A program made the position numbers and the translations under genes. A stretch of DNA of 64,000 bases from Candidatus Cloacimonadota bacterium (GTDB taxonomy: Bacteria > Cloacimonadota > Cloacimonadia > Cloacimonadales > Cloacimonadaceae): positions 26,214 through 90,213 of the forward strand of contig JAJBAY010000001.1 of the NCBI GenBank assembly GCA_020532515.1. The letters are read 5' to 3'. The notes under the pieces were generated by a model, which had not been told where the DNA came from, made no database searches, and saw nothing but the letters and a program-made list of their open reading frames with translations. Below, in pieces: positions 16,941 to 25,028 of the stretch; position 1 is the first letter of the stretch, and the number at the start of each line of letters is the position of its first letter.

Positions 16941-17916
16941 TCTGATTGATCAGATCAATGAACTTAAGTTGTCCGTAACTGGACTAAAAGCAGAAATCGC
17001 CAAAGTAATCGTGGGGCAGGATAAGATTATAGACCAAATCCTGACTGCGCTCTTTGCCAATGGCCATGTTTTGATCGAGGGTGTACCTGGATTGGCCAAG
17101 ACCCTGATGATTTCATCTCTGGCTCAGAGCCTTTCCCTGAAGTTTTCCCGCATCCAGTTTACTCCGGATCTGATGCCCTCGGACATCACCGGTTCCGACA
17201 TCCTGGTTTCGGACCAACAGACCGGCATCAAGGGCTTTGAATATCTCAAGGGCCCGGTATTTGCCAATATCATTTTGGCTGATGAGATCAACCGGACTCC
17301 GCCTAAAACTCAATCTGCGCTCCTGCAAGCCATGCAGGAAAACACCATTACCAGCGGAAATAAGACCTGGCAACTGGAAAAGCCCTTCATCGTGATGGCG
17401 ACGCAAAATCCCATCGAGCAGGAAGGAACTTATCCTCTTCCCGAAGCCCAATTGGATAGATTCATGTTTTATATTAATATAGATTACCCTACTTATGAGG
17501 AAGAACTGAAGATAGTGGAAAGCACTACTGGCGGCGCTTTACCGGAAATCAAAGCAATGCTGAGCGCCCAACAGATTATAGCTTTGCAAGGCGCGATCCG
17601 CCAATTGCCAGTGAGCGAGCATGTGGTAAAATACGCTGTCGATCTGGTGCGCAGAAGCCGGCCCAATACCGAAGATGCCGATCCTGAGATAAAGCGTTGG
17701 GTGAGCTGGGGTGCAGGACCACGTGCATCTCAATACCTGGTCTTGGGAGCCAAAGCGGTGGCAGCGATGCAGGGCAGGCTTACTCCCTCTGAAGAGGATG
17801 TGCGCACAGTAGCTCCGATCGTTCTGAAACACAGGATACTGCTGTCTTTTGCAGCAGAAGCTGAAGGCATCAGTTCTGCTGAGATAGTTGCACTTTTATT
17901 AAAAGGAAAAAACTAA
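16933..17916 (+). CDS. MoxR-family AAA+ ATPase
   Basis: Walker A is LIEGVPGLAKT and Walker B is ILADEINR, followed by ATQNPIEQEGTYPLPEAQLDRF, which is typical of MoxR. It overlaps the upstream gene by 8 nt. Confidence 0.9.
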   Translation: MDNLIDQINELKLSVTGLKAEIAKVIVGQDKIIDQILTALFANGHVLIEGVPGLAKTLMISSLAQSLSLKFSRIQFTPDLMPSDITGSDILVSDQQTGIKGFEYLKGPVFANIILADEINRTPPKTQSALLQAMQENTITSGNKTWQLEKPFIVMATQNPIEQEGTYPLPEAQLDRFMFYINIDYPTYEEELKIVESTTGGALPEIKAMLSAQQIIALQGAIRQLPVSEHVVKYAVDLVRRSRPNTEDADPEIKRWVSWGAGPRASQYLVLGAKAVAAMQGRLTPSEEDVRTVAPIVLKHRILLSFAAEAEGISSAEIVALLLKGKN

Positions 17917-17929
17917 GCTGGGAGGCTAC

Positions 17930-18862
17930 ATGAGAAGCCTGATACTCACAATCTTGTTAGTCTTGTTTACACTCGTTGCCGGGGCAGTGGACAATCGCTT
18001 TCTCTACCCTTTGGGGCAGATCAAGGGAGTAGAGGCAAACAGAATCCAAGTGGCAGATTCGCAGGTCTTGACGCACAATCTCAGCCAACTTTGGGTTTAT
18101 AGCACCTTCAATGCCTGGCAGCCCAGGTTGGAAGCTTCATTTTATTCAGAATACCGCATTGAAGATGTGAATTTTCAAGCCGGGAACCGCATTTATCTGT
18201 CCAGCCATGAGCCGGCTAATAATGTAAGTCCCATTGATTCTCTCAATCTATATGGCCGCATATATTTTATTGATACTGTGATCGGCGACAAACTCACCCG
18301 TGAAGGCTCTACACTCTACGTGGCAGACCGCTATCGGGGTATAGATATCATCGATATCGGGGGAGGCGTATCTACAGAGCTGATGGCCAATTTCTCCGAG
18401 AAATGGGGGATCAAAGACTTTGTGGCGACTTATCCATATCTCTATGCGCTCAATGACTTTGGCTTTGTAACCGTGGATATCAGCAATCAGAACTTCCCCT
18501 TAAGTATCGCCACAAATTACCAGATACCTGATGCCACCAAGCTGGTGAAATACGGAGAATACATATATGTAGCTGCCGGCAAAGAAGTTTTGGTGCTCTC
18601 CGTGCGCGATCCGGATAATCCCATCCTCGTCACCCAGATTCCGTTCTTTAACCCGATCCAGGCTCTGGCTGTGAAAGACAACCGCCTTTTTGTGGCTTTG
18701 GGCAAGGGTGGAGTCAAGGTTCTGGATATCTCTGTCCCTCAGCGCATCAGTGAGATAAATACCTTTTATCCTCCTGCCGCTGCTATCGATATTGCCCTAC
18801 AAGATGATTATATCTATATTGCGATGGGCAAAGATGGCTGGATGATCTACGAGTATAGATAG
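17930..18862 (+). CDS. secreted LVIVD-repeat beta-propeller protein
   Basis: Signal peptide present. Repeated Y[VI]A....G[ILV].[IV][ILV]D[IV]S units occur (YVADRYRGIDIIDI, FGFVTVDIS, VLVLSVRDPDNP, GGVKVLDIS). Confidence 0.7.
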   Translation: MRSLILTILLVLFTLVAGAVDNRFLYPLGQIKGVEANRIQVADSQVLTHNLSQLWVYSTFNAWQPRLEASFYSEYRIEDVNFQAGNRIYLSSHEPANNVSPIDSLNLYGRIYFIDTVIGDKLTREGSTLYVADRYRGIDIIDIGGGVSTELMANFSEKWGIKDFVATYPYLYALNDFGFVTVDISNQNFPLSIATNYQIPDATKLVKYGEYIYVAAGKEVLVLSVRDPDNPILVTQIPFFNPIQALAVKDNRLFVALGKGGVKVLDISVPQRISEINTFYPPAAAIDIALQDDYIYIAMGKDGWMIYEYR

Positions 18863-18898
18863 TTAAAAGGAAAGCAGCCGATCTGAAAGATCTAAAGT

Positions 18899-21800
18899 TT
18901 AAGCTTCCCCATTTTGCCTCGCAAGATTCTGCATAACTTTCTGCATCAGAGGGTGATTCGAAGCGGTGGTATGCCTTAGGATTTCCAAGGCCTCTTGCCA
19001 TGCGCTCTTAGCAGATGCAGCATCACTGGATTCCCAATGCAGTTCTCCTTGGTAGATCAGGCAGCGGGCATATTCCGGATTGGCTTTGCCAAAGAAGAAA
19101 CTGAATTTCTGCATGGCTGTGTCTAACGCCTTTTGAGCCAGATCATACTGTTTGTGTTTCAGCCTGATTCGATACAAATTCAGATAGCAATGGCAGATAT
19201 TGGGGCTATTCTCCGCTAGTAGCTTTACCATTGCAGAAAGGGCCATCACACAGTACTCCTCTGCTTTATCCAGGTCATTCATCCTGATGCAGAGACTGGC
19301 GATGTTGTTTTGCAACAGTGCCACGAAATACTCTTTGTCACCGTGATTGCATTCGTGGAAGAGCTTCAGGGACAATCGGGAGTAACTCATAGCCTTGGGC
19401 AGCAGTTCTTTGTAAGCAAATAGCGAAGCGAGATTGTTCAATCTATCAGCCACATTGGAAGAACGCGGGCACTGCAAATGCTCTATCCTGAGAGACTTGC
19501 GCAGCAGTTCTTCGGCCTGGGTATAGCGCGCGGTGTCCTTGTAAAAGCGTCCCAGATTATTCAGATAAGGAGAGAGCTGGGCGCTGCTTTCCCCCAGGTC
19601 TTCAGTGCGGCATTTTATCACCCTCAGATAGATGGGCTCAGCCTTTTGATAATGCTGGATGTAATGATAATGCAGGGCGAGCCAGAAGAGCTCTTCGATG
19701 TGCCCGGAACTGCCGAATCCGTAATGCCTGCCACTCAAGATCACCGCTCTGCGTTGACAGGCGACGGCTTTTTGCCAGGTACCGTGCTCCATGCTGTAGT
19801 CTGCAGCGGCTCTCCAGTGTGAGATGGCAGCTTCAAAGTCATTGGCATTCTCATAGTGATGGGCTATTTCTGCAGAGCCTGGCCCTGCATCACCGCCATA
19901 GAGCTTGATCAAAGCTTCTGCAGCAGATTTGTGCAGCGAGGCTATCTTTTCACTTACCATGCGATGGTAGATCACATCGCGTAAAAGCAGGTGGGAAAAG
20001 GTGTATTGCAGTTCGGACAGGCTAAACCATAGCCGATGCTTCAGGCCATTCTGCAGATTGACGTCAATGGCTTGATTCAGCATCATAGCCAGAACTTTCA
20101 CGCTGAATTGCATACCCAGCACAGAGGCGGAGTAAAGACATTCCTGCATGCTTTTGTTAAAGCTGTCGATGCGGCTGTTAATCACGTCGCTGATGCTGAA
20201 ATAGAGGGTTTCGCTTAATTTATTGCTGATCTTGGCGCTCTCGTCCAAGAGCCCTTCTTCCATAAAATATGTAGTGAACTGTTCCATGAAAAACGGATTT
20301 CCTCCGGCGCGGTGATAGATAAGTTCCAAAGAGTCCTGGGGCAGTTTTGACACTTGCAAAATTTGTTTCAAAAAACTATCGGCATCCGCCTCTGGTAGCT
20401 TTTCCAGGGCAAGGTGGAAGGATCCCAAGTGGGGCAGAGGCAGATTCACCCTGCTACCGTTACTTTTGCTGCGGCAAGGGGCCAAGATCACCAGGGCAGC
20501 GCTATCCTCAAAGCTGATATCTTTTAGTAGTGCCAGACTCTGTTCATCGAGCCACTGAGCGTCGTCTATGAGCATCAAAAGCGGAGCCTGGGACACGAAG
20601 AATCTGATAAACTTGCTGAAAGCCTCCGCCTGTTTTTCAGAGCGGATACCTATCTCAATGCTTTGCCACAGGGATGCACTGTATTCAATGTCCAAAAGTG
20701 ATGCCAAGGTGGATTTCTCCGGATAGACAGATTCTTCCTTCCCAAAATAGCTTTGGTAGCTGAGTTCAAATTCATCCTTAAGTTCCTGGGCCGAAAGATC
20801 ATCTGTCAGGCCCAGCAGCTCTCTGATGATCTGTGCTATGACCTGCATTTGCTGGTGTGAATCCTCTTGACAATAGACGATTGCTTGCCTGCAGTGTTCA
20901 AAGCTTTTCAAGCATTCAAAGGCCAGCCGGCTCTTACCCTGTCCCGGTTCACCACTGATGTATAAGATGCGGCTTCGTCTGAGTGCGATGGATTCATTGA
21001 TCGAGCTGCAAAGCTGCTCAAGTTCCAGGTGTCGGCCTACAAAGCTGTATTTGAAGAGGAATCTGCTACTTTTGATTCGTTGCTGTAAGCTATAATAGCG
21101 TGTGGCCTGGCCCAAACCTTTGAGCTTGATAGCTTTCAGCGGTTGCAATTGATAACTTTCGTGCAATTCCTGCCAGGCATTCTGGTCGCAGAGCACTTCA
21201 CCGCTCTTGGCCAGGTTCATCAGTCTCGAAGCGATATTCATGGAATGCCCAAGACCCGTATACTCCCATAGCTTGGTGGAGCCAATGTAGCCGGTATAAG
21301 CAAATCCGCAACTGAAGCCGATCGAAATACCGGGTATAGATTCTATGGCGGCAATGGAAAAATCGCCACCTTGTAAGATGCTCTTTCCATCACTGAGAGG
21401 AGCACCAAAGATAATAAGAATTATAAGCCCATTTTTGCTAAGCTCGATCTTATTCACATAACCGTGATGGCGATCCGCCAAAAAATGGATCTGCTTTATG
21501 GCTTGGGATATATCTCTGCTCTGCTCCAGCTTCACAAAACAGGGGACTATCGCGCGGATCTCGTTTGCCGGAAAGAGGCTGGAGTAGCGCCTGTGCAAGA
21601 ACAATACGCTCCAGGCCTTGGCGATTTCTGCATTGAGGGATGGGAAATCTTCAGATTTTGTCTCAGCCGGCTTTGCTGGCAGGGCACTAATGCCCTCTTT
21701 GCCTTTGATAGCCTGAATTGTTTCGCTGCACCTGATTTCAGATTGATGAGAAATAGTCTCACTCACTTCGACAAAAGGTTTGCCGGAAAACAGATACTCG

Positions 21801-22237
21801 TACTGATGGTCTGTAGGGAAAATCTCCCAGGTGATTTCGCCGAAGCTGGTAGCTTTATGCAGAGCAATATGCAGGTGTTTTGAGACACTATCCAAGCCTT
21901 TCAAAGCAAGGTTATCGGCATTGATTTCCTGAAGTGCTAAGCGCAAATTATCTGGGTTTTCGCCTGCAAAGACTGCGCACACGGCATCACCAATGAAGAG
22001 AGTCACAAAGCCCTGATGCCGGTGTATGGCTCTAATGGGAGCATCAAAGACCATATTCAGGAGTTTGCCAGCTCTATCGGCACCTCCCTGACCTTCGCCC
22101 TGAAACTCTTCCATCACGCCGGTAAAATCCACGATATCCAAAAGCAGCACAAAGCCTTTGAAGCTACCCTTAAATTTTCCCAAGCTCAACTGGCGCAGGA
22201 TGAAATCTGGTACATAACGTATCAAAATAATCTCCAC
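18899..22237 (-). CDS. tandem class III nucleotide cyclase domains + STAND P-loop NTPase (AAA_16-like) + TPR array
   Basis: 1112 aa. CHD1 has LLLDIVDFTG and FIGDA. CHD2 has GYIGS...GLGHSMNIASRL. Walker A is ISGEPGQGKS and Walker B is LLMLIDDAQWLD. The C-terminal ~400 aa are TPR-like. Confidence 0.85.
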   Translation of the reverse strand: MEIILIRYVPDFILRQLSLGKFKGSFKGFVLLLDIVDFTGVMEEFQGEGQGGADRAGKLLNMVFDAPIRAIHRHQGFVTLFIGDAVCAVFAGENPDNLRLALQEINADNLALKGLDSVSKHLHIALHKATSFGEITWEIFPTDHQYEYLFSGKPFVEVSETISHQSEIRCSETIQAIKGKEGISALPAKPAETKSEDFPSLNAEIAKAWSVLFLHRRYSSLFPANEIRAIVPCFVKLEQSRDISQAIKQIHFLADRHHGYVNKIELSKNGLIILIIFGAPLSDGKSILQGGDFSIAAIESIPGISIGFSCGFAYTGYIGSTKLWEYTGLGHSMNIASRLMNLAKSGEVLCDQNAWQELHESYQLQPLKAIKLKGLGQATRYYSLQQRIKSSRFLFKYSFVGRHLELEQLCSSINESIALRRSRILYISGEPGQGKSRLAFECLKSFEHCRQAIVYCQEDSHQQMQVIAQIIRELLGLTDDLSAQELKDEFELSYQSYFGKEESVYPEKSTLASLLDIEYSASLWQSIEIGIRSEKQAEAFSKFIRFFVSQAPLLMLIDDAQWLDEQSLALLKDISFEDSAALVILAPCRSKSNGSRVNLPLPHLGSFHLALEKLPEADADSFLKQILQVSKLPQDSLELIYHRAGGNPFFMEQFTTYFMEEGLLDESAKISNKLSETLYFSISDVINSRIDSFNKSMQECLYSASVLGMQFSVKVLAMMLNQAIDVNLQNGLKHRLWFSLSELQYTFSHLLLRDVIYHRMVSEKIASLHKSAAEALIKLYGGDAGPGSAEIAHHYENANDFEAAISHWRAAADYSMEHGTWQKAVACQRRAVILSGRHYGFGSSGHIEELFWLALHYHYIQHYQKAEPIYLRVIKCRTEDLGESSAQLSPYLNNLGRFYKDTARYTQAEELLRKSLRIEHLQCPRSSNVADRLNNLASLFAYKELLPKAMSYSRLSLKLFHECNHGDKEYFVALLQNNIASLCIRMNDLDKAEEYCVMALSAMVKLLAENSPNICHCYLNLYRIRLKHKQYDLAQKALDTAMQKFSFFFGKANPEYARCLIYQGELHWESSDAASAKSAWQEALEILRHTTASNHPLMQKVMQNLARQNGEA

Positions 22238-22460
22238 ATCGTTTTTTGCGGCTAAGCATCAGAGCTGTTCTTAAGGCGGCCTAAGTATGCATCCTCCCTA
22301 AGTCCCGACGGGCACTAATGCCTTGAAACTAAGTTTACAGAGCTTGAATAATTGTCAAGTAGCTTTAGCCTTGGCATTCTCCCATTATTTTAGCCGAACC
22401 TGATTTTGGTTTTATCTTCAGCCTTCTCTTTCCCTGAATTATAGTGGCTTTCTGTATAGC

Positions 22461-22527
22461 TTATGGTGGAGATGCCGTGGAGATAAGAGGATTTATCCAT
22501 GGTATCTCCACGGCATCTCTACCATAA
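22461..22527. repeat. 25-bp near-perfect inverted repeat (hairpin, 17-nt loop)
   Basis: TTATGGTGGAGATGCCGTGGAGATA (22461-22485) and TATCTCCACGGCATCTCTACCATAA (22503-22527) are reverse complements except for one G:T position. Confidence 0.9.
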
Positions 22528-22755
22528 CAGATGGGGTTGGCCAGACTTAAACCGCTATGATTGAGAATCATAACCATTGGCGGGGCACCGTGGCTTTCCT
22601 TGAATGTATTGAGTCTGCCAAGATTTCGCTTGACGATATCGGGGCTGTAGATTTCTGCTTTGTAAAGTCAGTGTTTTGCTTATTGCTATCTAAGCTTCGG
22701 CTTTGTATTTGCAATCAAGAGAAGCAAGATACATACTATTGATTAGAGGTAATAA

Positions 22756-23802
22756 ATGCGACCAGATAGAAACGAATTGATCAGGATGCTTAGCCTGCAA
22801 AGCGAGGATGAGCTTGCTGAACTATATAAGAAAGCTTATGAGATCAAAAAGCAGCAAGTAGGAACCAAAGTCTATTTCCGGGGGATCATCGAGCTGAGCA
22901 ATGTCTGCAGTAAAAACTGCTTTTATTGCGGTATCCGCAGTGGTAATGCGGATTTTAAACGCTATACCATATCAATGCAGGAAGCTCTGCGGGAAGCCAA
23001 GTGGTGCTATGAACAGCGCTATGGCAGCCTGGTGGTCCAGGCCGGAGAGCGCACAGACCCGGCTTGGATAGATTTCATTACCGAGCTTGTCACCGGCATC
23101 AAAAAGCTTTCGGATGGCAAGCTGGGCATTACCCTTAGTTTGGGGGAACAAACTGAAGAGGTTTTTACCCGTTGGTTTGAGGCAGGGGCACACCGCTATC
23201 TTTTGCGCATTGAAACTACCAATCAGGAGCTTTACAAAACTCTTCATCCAGCCGATCACAGCTTTGGCGATCGCAGAGCATGCCTGAGATCTCTGCGCAG
23301 AGTAGGTTATCAGGTTGGGACTGGAGTGATGATTGGCCTGCCTGGACAAACCATGGCGGACGTAGCCGATGACATCCTCTTTTTCTATGATGAAGACGTG
23401 GATATGCTGGGCATGGGTCCCTATATTCCACATCATAATACTCCACTAAAACATCTGGTAGAAGGCTTTGACCCCGATCAAGCCCTAAAGCTCGGGCTGA
23501 AACTAATCGCTACTTGCCGCATTGCCCTCAAAGATATTAATATCGCCACCACTACAGCCTTGCAGGCTCTGCATCCTGAGGGCCGGGAAATGGGGCTTTT
23601 GGCTGGAGCAAACGTTTTGATGCCAAATATTACCAATACCGAATATCGGGATGGATATCAGCTCTACGAAGGCAAGCCTAATCTGGATGAAAATGCTGAT
23701 GAAACCGTTGATTCCCTCACCAATAAAATTATCTCAATCGGTGAAAGCGTTGGCTTTGACGAGTGGGGAGATAGCATCCATTTTGCCAAAAGAATGAATT
23801 AA
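22756..23802 (+). CDS. hydE: [FeFe]-hydrogenase maturase HydE-like radical SAM protein (BioB/HydE family)
   Basis: 348 aa. The cluster motif CSKNCFYCGIRS and the overall length and pattern match the HydE/BioB family. HydE versus another BioB-like enzyme cannot be proven by eye. Confidence 0.7.
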   Translation: MRPDRNELIRMLSLQSEDELAELYKKAYEIKKQQVGTKVYFRGIIELSNVCSKNCFYCGIRSGNADFKRYTISMQEALREAKWCYEQRYGSLVVQAGERTDPAWIDFITELVTGIKKLSDGKLGITLSLGEQTEEVFTRWFEAGAHRYLLRIETTNQELYKTLHPADHSFGDRRACLRSLRRVGYQVGTGVMIGLPGQTMADVADDILFFYDEDVDMLGMGPYIPHHNTPLKHLVEGFDPDQALKLGLKLIATCRIALKDINIATTTALQALHPEGREMGLLAGANVLMPNITNTEYRDGYQLYEGKPNLDENADETVDSLTNKIISIGESVGFDEWGDSIHFAKRMN

Positions 23803-23895
23803 ATCTCACTTTCACCATTATTATGCAGTTTCGGAACGCTTATTGCACATTCATATTAAAAGAAATAATTCCTATTAGATACATGGAGGATCTTG

Positions 23896-24930
23896 ATGTC
23901 GAGAAAGTACTTATGGTACATACTGATGCTGGCTCTAATTCTGGTAGCCGGCTGTGCTGAAAAAAATACAAGCTATCAGGATGCGGATGCACTTACTTTG
24001 CTGACCGTGGTTCCTGTGGTTGGAGATCCCCAACAGCTTGATTGTGATGATGCGAATATGTATGTTTCGCTGGATCAGGGCGGTTTGGTCTCAATCAATT
24101 TACAAAGTTATACCCCACTTTGGTATTCTGAGATGAGTTTTACTGACCCTGAAGCTGACCCTAAGCCCTTCTATCAGAGCCGAAAACTTGCCTTGGTACC
24201 TGAACACAACCGTCTTTTCCTCAATGAAATCACTGCCACAGACATGATATGGATCATTGATACTACCGATCCCGATTCGCTGAAAATCTTCGAAGGGGTC
24301 ACTGGTGGCACTTCTAATATCCAGGATATTACCGCCCGAAGCATTCCCAATCCTACCACAGAGAATGTGATGGAAGTGGTATATTGTTCTGGAAACAATA
24401 TCATTTATAAACTTTATGATGGTGAATTGTGGCTTGGCGATGGTTCTGCTGACAAAATGCTCAATCTCCCGACGCGTGTTTCGGGAGTAGAATTAGACGA
24501 TAATTACATTTACGGAGCAGCTGAACAGCGCGGTTTGGTGATTTACAACAAAACAGGTTACAGCTTAGTATGCAATATCCCCCTCTACGGTGTAGCTCAA
24601 AAGCTGGTGGTTCGCGATGGCTATGCCTATGTAGCCTGCCGTCAGGGCGGTCTGCAGATTGTGGATGTAAGAAACCTCCAAAATCCTGTAAAGGTTGCTC
24701 AGTATCTTAGCTCAGGCCATGCCAACGAAGTAGATTATCATAATGGAATTGTGGCCCTTTCATCTGGCGGTGGTGGTGCTTATGTCTTTGATGTAAGAAA
24801 TCCTGCTAAACCTATCTTGATTAAGAGAATAACAGAGGTTGGTTACTGCAAAGCGGTTAAGTTCATAGGCGATGTCTTGGCTGTAGCCAGTAGAGATGAC
24901 GGCATTTTCTTTTACAAGATGAATAAATGA
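23896..24930 (+). CDS. LVIVD-repeat lipoprotein
   Basis: ATG at 23896 follows GGAGGA. Lipobox LVAGC. Repeats include YVSLDQGGLVSINL, RGLVIYN, GGLQIVDVRNLQNP and GGAYVFDVRNPAKP. Confidence 0.75.
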   Translation: MSRKYLWYILMLALILVAGCAEKNTSYQDADALTLLTVVPVVGDPQQLDCDDANMYVSLDQGGLVSINLQSYTPLWYSEMSFTDPEADPKPFYQSRKLALVPEHNRLFLNEITATDMIWIIDTTDPDSLKIFEGVTGGTSNIQDITARSIPNPTTENVMEVVYCSGNNIIYKLYDGELWLGDGSADKMLNLPTRVSGVELDDNYIYGAAEQRGLVIYNKTGYSLVCNIPLYGVAQKLVVRDGYAYVACRQGGLQIVDVRNLQNPVKVAQYLSSGHANEVDYHNGIVALSSGGGGAYVFDVRNPAKPILIKRITEVGYCKAVKFIGDVLAVASRDDGIFFYKMNK

Positions 24931-24960
24931 ATAAAGTATTTCAATAAAAGATAAATATCA

Positions 24961-24993
24961 GGGACCTGGGCAGCAGTGCTTCAGGTCTCTTTT
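24961..24993 (+). terminator. candidate rho-independent terminator
   Basis: GGGACCTG ... CAGGTCTC stem (one G:U) followed by TTTT, 30 nt after the stop at 24930. Confidence 0.5.
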
Positions 24994-25028
24994 CGCATTT
25001 GACAAGCTATGTCTATAAAGAGGAAAAG

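Noticed and set aside
22557-22742. 61-aa plus-strand ORF upstream of hydE
   Set aside because: No SD. It overlaps the palindrome and promoter-like region, and the peptide is Cys/Leu/Phe-rich with no motif. It is treated as non-coding.
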